Positions 23,601 through 29,025 of a stretch of 64,000 bases of DNA are shown in pieces (position 1 is the stretch's first letter; each line of letters starts with the position of its first letter). The notes beneath the pieces were generated by a model. The model saw nothing but the letters and a program-made list of their open reading frames with translations, did no database searches and was not told the DNA's origin. The position numbers and the translations under genes are program-made. Origin of the DNA: Candidatus Pseudomonas phytovorans (lineage in GTDB: Bacteria > Pseudomonadota > Gammaproteobacteria > Pseudomonadales > Pseudomonadaceae); contig CP119325.1 in NCBI GenBank assembly GCA_029202525.1, positions 5,809,258 through 5,873,257 on the forward strand. The letters run 5' to 3'.

Positions 23601-25360
23601 TGCAGGTCGATATCGGCAGCCTGCAAGCAGGCGACTACCGCCTGACCGTGGGCAGTGGCGGCATTGGCCTGGTGACCCAGGTCACCACCACGCTGGACAT
23701 CACCGCCACCAGCCTGACCCAGTTCACAGGCACAGGCACCGCCACCTCCGGCAACGTCATCACCGATGTGGGCACCGATGGCGCCGTGGATGCCCGCGGC
23801 CCGGACAGCGCCGCCGTGCTGCAAGTGCTGAAGAATGGCAGCTACGTTGCCGCTGGCACAGCAACCACGGTGCAGGGCCTGTACGGCACCTTGGTGATCC
23901 ATGGTGACGGCAGCTACACCTACACCCCGAACGGCAGCCCGGCCAGCGTCGGCAAGGTCGATGTGTTCAGCTACCAGCTGGTGCATCCGAACGGCCTGTC
24001 CGATGCCGCCAACCTGTACGTGCGCATCGACAGCCCACAAGCCACGGAGATCTGGAGCAACAGCAACTACGCGGCGCCGGCCACGGTGGTCGACGCGGTC
24101 AACGATGTCGGCTTCAGTCACCTGACCCTGGCCAACCGCGTGGACACCAACAGCGCCACGTTGGGCACCCTGACCCTGCCGGTAATCGGTACCCGGCAGG
24201 CCACCTACACCACCACCGTTGCCGCCGACACCACGGCCAACCTGCAAGTGGTGCTCAACTCCGCCAACCTGCTGGGCCTGCTCAATGGCACCACCCTCGA
24301 GCTGCTCAAACTCAACACCACCACCGGCCAATACGTGCTGGTACAGACGGTAAACGGCGGCTCGCTGATCAGCCTGCTGGGTGGCGGTTCGGCCTATACC
24401 TTCCAGAACCAGGGGGCCGGCACCTACCACGTGCGCGTCACCGCGAGCGGCATCGGCCTTGGCAGCTCAATCACCACCAGCGTCAACGCCACCACCACGC
24501 ACCTGACCGAGTTCGTGGTCAGTGGCGCGACGGCGGCGACCGGCAACCTGCTGACTGACGACAACGTCGGCTCGGCACTGACCGTGCTGAGCGTGCTGAC
24601 GGCGGCCAACACCTACACCATCCCGGGCTACAACGGGGTGAGCGTGGCCGGCACCTACGGCACCTTGCTGGTGCACGCGGACGGCAGCTACACGTACACA
24701 CTCAACTCAGGGCTGACCTCGACTGCGGTCGGCCAGCACGACACCTTCACCTACGAACTGACCCACCCCAACGGCACCACCGACACGGCAACGCTGACCA
24801 TCAACCTGGACAACGCTGCCGGCCTTACCACCTTCTCTTCGCTGGTGGCTGACAGCGGTGACGAAGCAGTAGCACTGGCCAGCGTGGCGGCCGCCAGCGA
24901 CGTAATCGCCGGCACCGACGGCAACGACCACCTGGTGGGCAGCCAGGGCGGGCACATCACCCTGGAAGGTGGCGCGGGTGACGATACCCTGGTGATCGTC
25001 GACCAGAACTTCGCCAGCGTCGACGGCGGCACCGGCACCGACACCCTTTTGTGGGGCGGCGGCGATGCCAGCATCGACCTGGGCAACCTGGCCGGGCGCG
25101 TGCATGACATCGAAATCATCGACCTCAACGACACCAGTTCGGTGGCGCTGACCCTCAACCTGGCGGACGTGGTGGCCATCACCGAAACCGGCACCGACAC
25201 ACTGATCATCAAGGGGGACGACAAAGACACGGTTCACATGACAGACAACTGGACCCTGGTTGGCAACCAGACTGCCGACGGGATCGACTATAACCAATAC
25301 ACGGCCCAGGAGGATCCAAGCCACCACCTGTGGGTGCAGAACGGTATCCACGTTGTCTGA
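5654..25360 (+). CDS. lapF: giant (6568 aa) LapF-type repeat adhesin, type I secretion substrate
   Basis: Single uninterrupted ORF with an AGGGAG RBS. It has a BapA-prefix-like N-terminus, ~65 tandem Ig-like domains, VCBS-like modules and a GGxGxD-type C-terminal T1SS target domain. TolC/ABC/MFP genes follow, the same context as KT2440 lapF-lapHIJ. Confidence 0.9.
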   Translation: MDNIVIADKQSEVASQTAWGNINLKGPGVVQMPVAPDQVATVTQRGQDLIVTLKSGEKVTIGNFFAVDQAGVGSDIVFVGEDGTLWHAQYDATAFTGFTFEDVTSLDELVAGIGTAGSAMPTWAIAGLSLLGVGGAAAAADNGGGGSSGGSDPDTTAPATPIDLLVSPDGLRLTGRGEAGTTVNIRDAAGNIIGSGTVAADGSFNVALNPPQVNSENLQVTLTDGAGNVSAPGTVTAPDVTAPLAPTELAIDAQGTTLTGRAEAGSTVTVRGADGVVLGTAVAGADGLFSITLQPPQTDGQALEISATDAAGNTSPAAGINAPDVDTPDTTAPDQPTDLALANGITLTGRGEPGATVQVRDAAGNIIGTGTVGADGLFSLALSPAQANGEALDIRQVDAAGNSSIPLEFTAPDITAPAAPTELAVSADGTVLTGRAEPGSTVRIVGADGTELGSAVVGATGVFSITLSPPQVDGEVLQATASDAAGNTSVASSVTAPDIDGGDTTPPDAPIDLVIGLAGSQLSGRGEAGTTVQVRDAAGNIIATGTVGADGLFTIALAPAVNDGSTLQVTLTDAAGNVSQPGSVTSADLLPPAQPTDLALADGVTFTGRGEPGATVQVRDAAGTVVGTGVVGADGLFSITLAPAQANGEALDVRLVDAAGNTSAPLQFDAPDITPPAAVSNIVVGAGGLVLSGRGEPGATVEVRDANGTVIGTAVVGVNGTFLIDLSPAAQPGEHLSLVQTDPSGNASVALEYDVPLTTAPVSPSNLAIDADGTTLTGSAPAGTRVEVHDANGTLIGSAIASADGTFTIELSPAQANGELLDVVAIDDGGVSSLPAQITAPDITAPAAPTELTISANGTVLTGRAEPGSTVRIVAADGTELGTAVVGPTGVFSIDLAPPQVDGEVLQATATDAAGNTSTASSVTAPDIDGGDTTPPEAPTNLVIGLAGSQLSGRGEAGTTVQVRDAAGNLLATGTVGADGNFVIALSPAVIDGSTLQVTLTDAAGNVSPPGSVTSADLLSPAQPTELALADGVTFTGRGEPGTAVQVRNAAGTLIGTGIVGADGLFSITLAPAQANGEALDVRLVDAAGNTSAPLQFDAPDITPPAAVSNIVVGAGGLVLSGRGEPGATVEVRDANGTVIGTAVVGVNGTFLIDLSPAAQPGEHLSLVQTDPSGNASVALEYDVPLTTTPVSPSNLAIDADGTTLTGSAPAGTRVEVHDANGTLIGSAIASADGTFTIELSPAQANGELLDVVAIDDGGVSSLPAQITAPDITAPAAPTELTISANGTVLTGRAEPGSTVRIVAADGTELGTAVVGPTGVFSIDLAPPQVDGEVLQATATDAAGNTSTASSVTAPDIDGGDTTPPEAPTNLVIGLAGSQLSGRGEAGTTVQVRDAAGNLLATGTVGPDGNFVIALSPAVIDGSTLQVTLTDAAGNVSPPGSVTSADLLSPAQPTELALADGVTFTGRGEPGTAVQVRNAAGTLIGTGIVGADGLFSITLAPAQANGEALDVRLVDAAGNTSAPLQFDAPDITPPAAVSNIVVGAGGLVLSGRGEPGATVEVRDANGTVIGTAVVGVNGTFLIDLSPAAQPGEHLSLVQTDPSGNASVALEYDVPLTTAPVSPSNLAIDADGTTLTGSAPAGTRVEVHDANGALIGSAIANADGTFTIELNPAQANGELLDVVAIDDGGVSSLPAQITAPDITAPAAPTDLAVSPDGSVVTGRAEPGSTVRIVAADGTELGTAVVGATGVFSINLTPPQVDGETLQATATDAAGNTSPTSAVTAPDIDGVDTTPPAAPTDLAIGLAGSQLSGRGEPGTTVQVRDAAGTVLATGTVGADGSFAVTLVPAVTDGSSLLVTLTDAAGNVSPPGSVTSPDLQAPAQPTELALAEGVTFSGRGEPGATVQVRDAAGTLIGTGTVGADGLFSITLAPAQANGEALDVRLVDAAGNTSAPLQFDAPDITPPAAVSNIVVGNGGLALSGRGEAGATVEVRDANGAVIGTGVVGVNGTFLISLDPPVQPGEQLNLVQTDPSGNASEALQFEVPVTTAPASPSDLVFAEDGTSISGTAPAGTRVEVHDANGALIGSVIAGPDGSFTVTLDPIQANGELLDVVAIDDAGISSLPAQVTAPDITAPAAPSELAVNADGTVVTGRAEPGSTVRVLAADGTTVLGSVVVGATGSFSITLNPAQVDGEVLQVTATDAAGNASTAGSVTAPDIDGVDTTPPQAPTNLVIGLAGSQLSGRGEAGTTVQVRDGAGTVLATGTVGPDGSFILTLSPAVNDGSTLQVTLTDAAGNVSQPGTVASPDLQAPAQPTDLALVDGVTFTGRGEPGATVQVRNSAGNVIGTGLVNPDGTFSVTLFPAQANGEALDVRLVDTAGNSSAPLQFDAPDTTPPAAVSNIVVGTGGLVLSGRGEAGATVEVRDAGGTVIGTATVGANGTFVVNLDPAAQPGAALSLVQTDPSGNASEALQYEVPLTPAPASPSDLVVAANGTSITGSAPAGSRVEVHDANGTLVGSVVVGAGGTFTVILNPAQANGELLDVVAIDGTGASSLPVQISAPDITAPAAPSELAINANGTIVTGRAEAGSTVRVLAADGTTVLGTAIVGATGSFSITLSPAQVDGEVLQVTATDAAGNASTAGSVTAPDIDGVDTTPPQAPTNLVIGLAGGQLNGRGEAGASVQVRDGQGNVLANGTVNPDGTFQITLTPPVNDGSTLQVVLTDAAGNASAPGTVTTPDLQAPAQPTGLDLADGVTLTGSGEAGATVQVRDASGNVIGTGVVNPNGSFSVTLAPAQANGEALDIRLVDAAGNTSTPLQFDAPDTTPPAVVSSIVVGAGGLTLSGRGEAGATVEVRDANGTLIGTGTVTANGTFLLDIDPAAQPGERLSLVQTDASGNASTALEYDVPLVTTPASPSDLVVAEDGTSISGAAPVGSRVEVHDANGALVGSIVVGAEGTFTVVLNPAQANGELLDVVAIDNNGTSSLPVQVSAPDITAPVAPSDLAVNPTGTVVTGRAEAGSTVRVLAADGTTVLGSVLVGDTGTFSIGLTPPQVAGEQLQVTATDTAGNASTAGTVTAPIIDNGGDTTPPEPATNLVISLDGRTVSGRGEVGATVEVRNDQGELLISGTVQPDGSFNVQLPTPVVDGSSLQVTLTDAAGNVSTPSPLTTPDQVAPPQPTGLTLADGETLTGSAEPGARVEVRDAGGNLIGSVIAGPDGSFTLTLDIPQANGETVSVTATDTAGNTSVPLSYATPDITPPGVITNVVAGAGGLAVSGRGEAGASVEVRDANGTVIGTGTVAPNGTFVVELDTPLVAGETIVLVQTDAAGNPSVGLGVIVPNVPVPESPTGVVVAGDGSSVSGTAPAGSLVEVRDAQGTVVGSVQAGPDGSFTIGLTPVQANGETLDVVAIDADGNSSLPTQVNAPDITPPNEATELQLSNDGSTLTGRGEPGTTVQVIDAQGNVLGNAQVGLDGVISVQLVPPQTDGQELDVVLRDGAGNTSTATIIAPDLDGPLQPSGLAIDTAGIHLTGQGQSGSTITVRDADGNVLGTATVGADGRFDVTLNAAQRNGESLTVDATDSLGNSAGPVSFTAPDTTPPQVVTTPAIDETGTTVTGIGEPGATVTVRGPDGTVLGSAVVGVTGGFEITLDPPQTNGQALTVEQRDTTGNLSAAVDLPAPDSEAPAIPGGLTLSGDGKTLTGTGEPGAQVTVTGTAGAVVGTATVQPDGSFSVAINPAQVNGQTLTVSQADSAGNPSPADIVTAPDLEAPLPALGIGLDPAGTTLTGQGEPGSTVEVRNGNGDLLGSALVEEDGSFSVSIAPAQTNGETLSVVLIDGGGNASPSTSYTADDSTAPTAPAGLTITPGGSAIQGTGEAGSTVEVRNAAGDLLGSVVVPAGGNFTVPLAPAQLDGQNLDVTLTDTAGNVSDITPITAPDITPPALPTGVTVSDDGTTVTGNAPGASTVTVTDSTGNEVTVPVNPDGSFSVPLTNPQTNGETVTVVVTDAAGNDSAPVTTTAPDTTDPLPATGVTVSPDGGTVGGTAEPGSTVVVRDADGNPVGSGTTGPDGTFVVPVDPPFAAGGSGTVVVTDPAGNDSTETPVAGPTGNEVETPTSLAISADGFLLTGQGTIGSLITVTSGGTTLGTATVGSDGTFRVFFLNAQLNAQILQVSARATVDGQPSIPTTLVANDTTAPNAPTATIDRTGSTLTGQGEVGATVRVTDAQGTVLGTALVGSNGLYSLSLTPPVANGQNLVITQADAAGNVSLAASVQAPDLQAPLAASNLSLNGAATVLSGQGEAGASVTVRDASGAILATGTVNQSGQFQITLPNAQTSGSPLQVTLSDAAGNVSGPASLATPDRTPPAAITNPALSQDGRQLSGSGEVGATVQVRNAAGTVLGTATVGADGRFTVTFDTPQATGQAIGVTQVDAAGNTSPAVNVQTPDLTPPAPLTNVVLNNNGLTLTGLGEAGASVTVRGADGTIIGTGLVAANGSFTLTLTSAQLNAQHLSVTQTDAGNNTSTAVAVTAPDFTPPAAPTALALAGTGLQLTGNAEAGSTVTVRDASGNVLGTAVATSNGTFQVTLNSAQTNGQTLQVTATDAAGNVSPAAPYTAADTTPPAAVTNLAVSASGATLTGNGEAGATVTVRAPDNTVLGTATVGADGHFSVALSPAAITGESLSVVQADAAQNLSPAQNVTAPGLLAPATPDNLVLAADGLSVTGTAAVGSTVKVFGPNGVLLGSSPVANDGTFTVNLGSAQANGEVLHVSATGSDGAVSLPATLLAPDTTAPLPLTNLVLSNDGLVLSGRGEPGATVTVSGEGGIDLGTAVVDANGNFSANLSSAQLNGERLGAVQWDAAGNESNSVSLTAPDRIAPDAAVNLAFAGGGSLLNGSGEAGAAVKVLAVDGSVLGNATVRADGTFQVALNPPQTNGQQVHVVLTDAAGNQSDSSAITAADTTPPAAPTQLAISSDGITITGRGEAGAEVVVTGPGGAVIGSAFVDASGHFTLTLSPALGNGELLSFTQADGTGNVSAVATLLTPDFTPPAQLTAVAVNTDGSVVTGLGEAGATVTVSNAAGLVLGTGTVLADGSFRVALSTPQINDELLSVQQADPPGNISAPVDVRAPDHTPPAPATELRLNAAGDVLTGVGEPGATVRVFVGIVEIGALNVTVGPNGTFSIALNGAQLNGQVLQVTLTDSFSNVSTISAVTAVDITPPAGVIGDINSSGTQFVGTAEPGTRVTIINNQGDLLGQVTVDPDGTFVIDLATAQINGQELTIIAQDATGNPSAPLFVTAPDLTPPVQPSNLLLNLLGTSMTGTAEAGSIITVRGPNNNVLGTVVVGEDGQFTVPVNPAQNNGQLLSVVSTDAAGNASLPAAYQTNDTSPPAIVTNLSINNSFNVLTGKGEANATVTVSVGATVLGTAVVDAAGNFQVSLVPSVGSLAILSVTQSDGVNTSAIASYITPLLPPPVPPTNVTLASDGLTLAGKAPTGASIRVYDANGNLIGSGASNLNGDFTLTLNTPQLNGQSLSVTALAVLGGESQPTFVQAADITPPANPVVTSWSTNGLVLTGTGEAGATVTVRDASNNVLGTAVVNGGGVFTVNLNAAQLNGQVLGVSQTDAAGNLSGTTSVIAVDVQPPAAPTNVTINGTGTVLGGNGEAGATVTVQGPNGQVGTGVVQADGTFSITLNTPQNDGQQLVVRQSDPTGNLSSSVNLNAPDTTPPVAPLATINANGTSVSGSGQVGSTVNVRNSAGTLLGTATVGSNGQFVVSLAAAQIDNQALSVTLTDAGGTSTGTALTAPDLTPPAAAGNLLISADGATLTGTGEVGATVTVRSANGTVLQTATVRPDGGFTVTLSPAQDNGQILSITVSDPRGNVSGNVNITAPDVDANAPVIASDNLATATVNLVPVSATKTYTDSFSTLLSGFTKTYTWTVAAGTTVDPTLTLTTNSVLALLNNATFTLQVKDATGAWVTLATGNTQGLLDLIVLPIGLQVDIGSLQAGDYRLTVGSGGIGLVTQVTTTLDITATSLTQFTGTGTATSGNVITDVGTDGAVDARGPDSAAVLQVLKNGSYVAAGTATTVQGLYGTLVIHGDGSYTYTPNGSPASVGKVDVFSYQLVHPNGLSDAANLYVRIDSPQATEIWSNSNYAAPATVVDAVNDVGFSHLTLANRVDTNSATLGTLTLPVIGTRQATYTTTVAADTTANLQVVLNSANLLGLLNGTTLELLKLNTTTGQYVLVQTVNGGSLISLLGGGSAYTFQNQGAGTYHVRVTASGIGLGSSITTSVNATTTHLTEFVVSGATAATGNLLTDDNVGSALTVLSVLTAANTYTIPGYNGVSVAGTYGTLLVHADGSYTYTLNSGLTSTAVGQHDTFTYELTHPNGTTDTATLTINLDNAAGLTTFSSLVADSGDEAVALASVAAASDVIAGTDGNDHLVGSQGGHITLEGGAGDDTLVIVDQNFASVDGGTGTDTLLWGGGDASIDLGNLAGRVHDIEIIDLNDTSSVALTLNLADVVAITETGTDTLIIKGDDKDTVHMTDNWTLVGNQTADGIDYNQYTAQEDPSHHLWVQNGIHVV
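6884..15904 (+). repeat. seven 5-domain super-repeats (1287/1290/1293 bp)
   Basis: The unit start motif GC(G/C) CC(G/A) GAC ATC ACC (APDIT) recurs in frame at 6884, 8171, 9458, 10745, 12032, 13322, 14612 and 15905. Confidence 0.9.
7946..10504 (+). repeat. near-identical tandem duplication, 2 x 1287 bp
   Basis: Positions x and x+1287 match from 7946 to about 9217. I found only 6 mismatches by eye (near 8475, 8490, 8585, 8590, 8608, 8615). Confidence 0.85.
24911..25357 (+). other. C-terminal Ca-binding repeats and type I secretion target domain of the adhesin
   Basis: GTDGNDHLVGSQGGHITLEGGAGDDTLV...GGTGTDTLLWGGGD...IDLNDTS...LNLADVV...GDDKDTV, ending ...LWVQNGIHVV. No N-terminal signal peptide. 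Confidence 0.75.
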
Positions 25361-25374
25361 GGCCGCCGCAATCC

Positions 25375-25394
25375 CGCCGGGCACACGCCCGGCG
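25375..25394 (+). other. intercistronic stem-loop between adhesin gene and T1SS genes
   Basis: cgccgggc-acac-gcccggcg, an 8-bp GC stem with a 4-nt loop and no T-run, 15 nt after the lapF stop. Confidence 0.5.
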
Positions 25395-25423
25395 GCAGGG
25401 ACGACCAGCAGTAAGGGAACTAT

Positions 25424-26860
25424 GTGAAGCGAAGCAGTCCGCTGTCACCGCTGTTGCTGGGAGCCTTCGGGTTCCTGGCCCTCAACTTCCAACCGGTTGC
25501 CCAGGCAGCCGATGACATCGACCCACAACTGCGCCAGATCGGGCCATCGCTATTACGCGATGCGCCCGAAGCGGTGCCCGCCCGCCCACCGACCGGCATG
25601 GCCCCGGTGGCCAGTGGCGAGCGCCTCGGGCTGACCGATGCGGTGCTGCAGGCAGCGCAATGGCACCCCAGCATCGCCGAGGCCATCGGCAACCTGTACA
25701 AACAGGGCGAAGGCATCAACGTCGCCCGTGCCGGCTACTACCCGCAGATTTCCGGCGGTATCCGCACCGGTTATGACACCGGTTACGGCGGCGACCGCAA
25801 CAGCCAGGCGCTCAACCTCTCGCTGAAACAGATGCTCTACGACTTTGGCAAAGTCGATAGCGCCGTCAGCGCCGCGCAGGCCGCCGCCGCCCGCGCCCAG
25901 GCCAATATCTTGCTGGTGGTGGATGACTTGGCCCGCGACACCGCCTATGCCTGGATCGAAACCCGTCGCTACGAGCAACTGATGGTCATCGCCCGCGACC
26001 AGGTCCGCGGCGTTGGCGACATTGCCGGCATGGCCCGCCAGCGCAGCGACATGGGCGCCAGCACCCGCTCCGACCTGGTACAGGCCGAGTCGCGCGTAGA
26101 AAGCGCTCGCGCCACGCTGGAGGAATACCAGGCGCAGTACGAACGCTGGCGCTCGACACTGGCAGCGCTGATGGGGCGGGTGACACCGCCGGCACTGGCC
26201 GAAGAATCACCACCTGCACTGAACCAGGCCTGCAAACGCCCTGCGCAGGGCGACGACCGCCTGCCCGCCGTGCTGATGGCACTGGCCCAGCGCGCCCAGG
26301 GCCAGGCCGAACTGGCTCAGGCCAAGGCCGAAGCCTACCCGACCCTGTCGTTGCAACCCCAGGTCAACCACTACCTGGACAACGACTACAACCGCGACAA
26401 CTCACGCATGGACCGCACTCAGGCGGGCATCTACCTGAACGTCGAAGTGCCCATCTACCAGGGCGGCGCCATCAGCGCCCGCAGCCGCGCTGCTGGCCAC
26501 GCGCTGACTGCCGCCGATTCCGCCGAAGACGCCGCACGCCTGCAAGCCCGTCGCGGCCTGGCCGAGGCCATGGCGCAAACCTCCGGCTTGGGCCGTCGCC
26601 TGACCTCGCTGGAGGCGCGTCAGGTGAGCATTCAGGAAGCCCGCATGCTCTATGGCCGCCAGTACCTCGACCTGGGCACCCGGCCGTTGCTAGACCTGCT
26701 CAACGCCGAGGGCGAGATCTACCAGTCACGTTTCGAACTTGCCGGCACCCGCTCCGACCTGCTGCGCCTGGATGTCGACTGCCTGTACAACACCGGCGCC
26801 CTGCGCACGGCCTTTGGCCTTGAGGGGCGCAACCTGCAAGGTGTGGAGATCCAGCCATGA
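25424..26860 (+). CDS. lapH: TolC-family outer membrane component of the adhesin T1SS
   Basis: 478 aa with a GTG start (the ATG at 25422 runs straight into TGA). Signal peptide ...PVAQA, and an outer-membrane-efflux repeat sequence. Symbol assigned by remembered synteny with KT2440. Confidence 0.85.
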   Translation: MKRSSPLSPLLLGAFGFLALNFQPVAQAADDIDPQLRQIGPSLLRDAPEAVPARPPTGMAPVASGERLGLTDAVLQAAQWHPSIAEAIGNLYKQGEGINVARAGYYPQISGGIRTGYDTGYGGDRNSQALNLSLKQMLYDFGKVDSAVSAAQAAAARAQANILLVVDDLARDTAYAWIETRRYEQLMVIARDQVRGVGDIAGMARQRSDMGASTRSDLVQAESRVESARATLEEYQAQYERWRSTLAALMGRVTPPALAEESPPALNQACKRPAQGDDRLPAVLMALAQRAQGQAELAQAKAEAYPTLSLQPQVNHYLDNDYNRDNSRMDRTQAGIYLNVEVPIYQGGAISARSRAAGHALTAADSAEDAARLQARRGLAEAMAQTSGLGRRLTSLEARQVSIQEARMLYGRQYLDLGTRPLLDLLNAEGEIYQSRFELAGTRSDLLRLDVDCLYNTGALRTAFGLEGRNLQGVEIQP

Positions 26861-29025
26861 CTGATTCCATCAATGTGACCCTGCCCGAACAAGCCAAGGC
26901 GCCAGAGCCGGCTGCAGTGCATCGGCCAGACCTCGGCCCGTGGCTTGAGGTGATGCTGCAGGTGGCCCACCACTACCGCCTGGACGTGTCACCCCAGCGC
27001 ATTCGCCTGGCTGCCGTCGAAGATGCCCGCCCGCTGGACGAAATCCTGCGGCACATGGCTCGCCAGGCTGGCCTGGCCCTGCGCTTCGTGCGCTTCGACG
27101 CCAAGGGCCTCAAGCAATGGCGCACGCCGCTGGTGCTGGAGCTGGACGACGGCCAGCTGGCAGTGGTCGAGTCGGTGACCGAGGAAGACGACCTGGCGGT
27201 AGTGTTCGCCGGTGACCAGGGCCTGACCTCTCGCCTGCCCCGCGACAGCCTGAAGGGCCGTATCAACCGCGTCGCCCTGCTGCGCCCGGCACGGCCGCTG
27301 CGTGATGTGCGTACCGACGACTACACCGCGCCCTACGACCGCCACTGGTTCGCCCGCATCGTACTGCGCGACCTGCGCCCGTATGGCCAGGTGATGGTCG
27401 CCTCCTTGGTGGCCAACGTGCTGGCACTGGCCGGTGTACTGTTTTCCATGCAGGTATACGACCGGGTGATCCCGGCCGAATCGCTGCCCACCCTGTACGT
27501 GCTGTTCGGGGGCGTGGTGCTGGCGCTGGTGTTCGACTTCAGCATGCGCCTGCTACGGCTGAAGGTGACTGACCTGCTTGGCAAGCGTGCCGACTTGCGG
27601 GTCAGCGACCTGGTCTACGGCCATGCCCTGCGCCTGCGTAACTCGGTGCGGCCGAAATCCACAGGCTCGTTCATCTCGCAACTGCGCGAACTGGAGTCGA
27701 TCCGCGACCTGATCACCTCCAGTACCGCCACGGCGCTGGCCGACCTGCCGTTCTTCCTGCTGTTCCTGTTCGTATTCTGGCTGATTGGCGGCGTGCTGGT
27801 GTTCATCCCACTGGTTGCGCTACTGGCCATGGTGTTGCCCGGGCTGCTGGCGCAGCGGCGCCTGGCGCGGCTGGCCAATGCATCGATGCGCGAATCGGCG
27901 CTGCGCAACGCCATGCTGGTGGAAAGCATCCAGGGCCTGGACGAGATCAAGGCACTGCAGGCCGAAGCCCGCTTCGAGCGGCAATGGAACCAGTACAACG
28001 CGGCCTGCGCCCACACCAACCTGCGCCTGCGCACCCTCACCAATGGCCTGGTGACCTGGACGCAGAACGTGCAGGGCGCGGTGTTTGCCGTCGTCATCGT
28101 GATCGGTGCGCCCATGGTCATCGCCGGCGACCTCACCACTGGTAGCCTGGTGGCGGCGTCGATGCTGTCGTCGCGGATGATGGCGCCGCTGGCTCAGCTG
28201 ACCCACGTGCTGACCCGCTGGCAGCAGGCCAAGGTGGCCCTGCAAGGCCTGGACAAACTCATGCAGTCGGCGGTGGATCACCCGGAGGGAGAAGCCCGCG
28301 TGCACTTGCCGGCGATTCGCGGCGAATACCGCCTGCGCCAGGCCAACTTCCGCTACAGCGAAGAATCCCCGCCAGTGTTGAACATCGGCCAGCTGGACAT
28401 TCAACCGGGCGAGCGCATTGCCGTACTCGGGCGCAACGGCGCCGGTAAATCGACCCTGCTGCAAGCCCTTGGTGGGGCCATGGACCTGGTGCAGGGCGAA
28501 GTCAGCCTGGACGGCATCGCCATGGCCCACCTCGACCCGGCGGACCTGCGCCGTGACGTCGGCCTGCTGGCGCAGTACTCGCGGTTGTTCCACGGAACCC
28601 TGCGGGAAAACCTCACCCTCGGCGCCGGCCAGGCCAGTGACCAGGAACTGGTGGCTGCACTGGCTGCTACTGGCGCGCTGGACTTCGTCCGCCGCCTGCC
28701 CAAGGGCATGGACCACCTGATCCTGGAGGGCGGCCTGGGCTTGTCTGGCGGCCAGCGCCAGGCCTTGGTGCTGTCGCGCCTGCTGGTACGCCAGCCGCAA
28801 GTACTGCTGCTGGACGAGCCGACCGCATCGCTGGACGACATGACCGAGCGCAAGCTGCTGGATAACCTCGAACGCTTCTGCCAAGGCCGCACCCTGGTGA
28901 TCGCCACTCACCGCCTGAGCGTGTTGCAACGGGTCGACCGCATCCTGGTGCTGGACGGCGGGCGCATCGTCATCGATGACAGCCGCGATGCCGCGCTGGC
29001 CAAACTGCAAGGAGCCCAGGCATGA
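26857..29025 (+). CDS. lapI: type I secretion ABC transporter (ATPase/permease with N-terminal C39-like domain)
   Basis: 722 aa with an ATGA overlap on the upstream gene. Walker A GRNGAGKST, signature LSGGQRQ, Walker B LLLDEPT. It has a ~150-aa N-terminal peptidase-like domain and a six-TM core. Confidence 0.9.
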   Translation: MTDSINVTLPEQAKAPEPAAVHRPDLGPWLEVMLQVAHHYRLDVSPQRIRLAAVEDARPLDEILRHMARQAGLALRFVRFDAKGLKQWRTPLVLELDDGQLAVVESVTEEDDLAVVFAGDQGLTSRLPRDSLKGRINRVALLRPARPLRDVRTDDYTAPYDRHWFARIVLRDLRPYGQVMVASLVANVLALAGVLFSMQVYDRVIPAESLPTLYVLFGGVVLALVFDFSMRLLRLKVTDLLGKRADLRVSDLVYGHALRLRNSVRPKSTGSFISQLRELESIRDLITSSTATALADLPFFLLFLFVFWLIGGVLVFIPLVALLAMVLPGLLAQRRLARLANASMRESALRNAMLVESIQGLDEIKALQAEARFERQWNQYNAACAHTNLRLRTLTNGLVTWTQNVQGAVFAVVIVIGAPMVIAGDLTTGSLVAASMLSSRMMAPLAQLTHVLTRWQQAKVALQGLDKLMQSAVDHPEGEARVHLPAIRGEYRLRQANFRYSEESPPVLNIGQLDIQPGERIAVLGRNGAGKSTLLQALGGAMDLVQGEVSLDGIAMAHLDPADLRRDVGLLAQYSRLFHGTLRENLTLGAGQASDQELVAALAATGALDFVRRLPKGMDHLILEGGLGLSGGQRQALVLSRLLVRQPQVLLLDEPTASLDDMTERKLLDNLERFCQGRTLVIATHRLSVLQRVDRILVLDGGRIVIDDSRDAALAKLQGAQA

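Noticed and set aside
5698-24430. Many very long antisense or off-frame ORFs inside the adhesin gene, for example 10979-14461 (1160 aa), 19675-21987 (770 aa), 17170-19440 (756 aa), 14588-16810 (740 aa) and 10591-12723 (710 aa).
   Set aside because: They are Ala/Gly/Arg/Pro/Ser-rich low-complexity translations that mirror the sense-strand repeat period. They have no RBS and no recognisable domains. High GC and repetitive GCC/GGC/ACC codons suppress stop codons in all frames.
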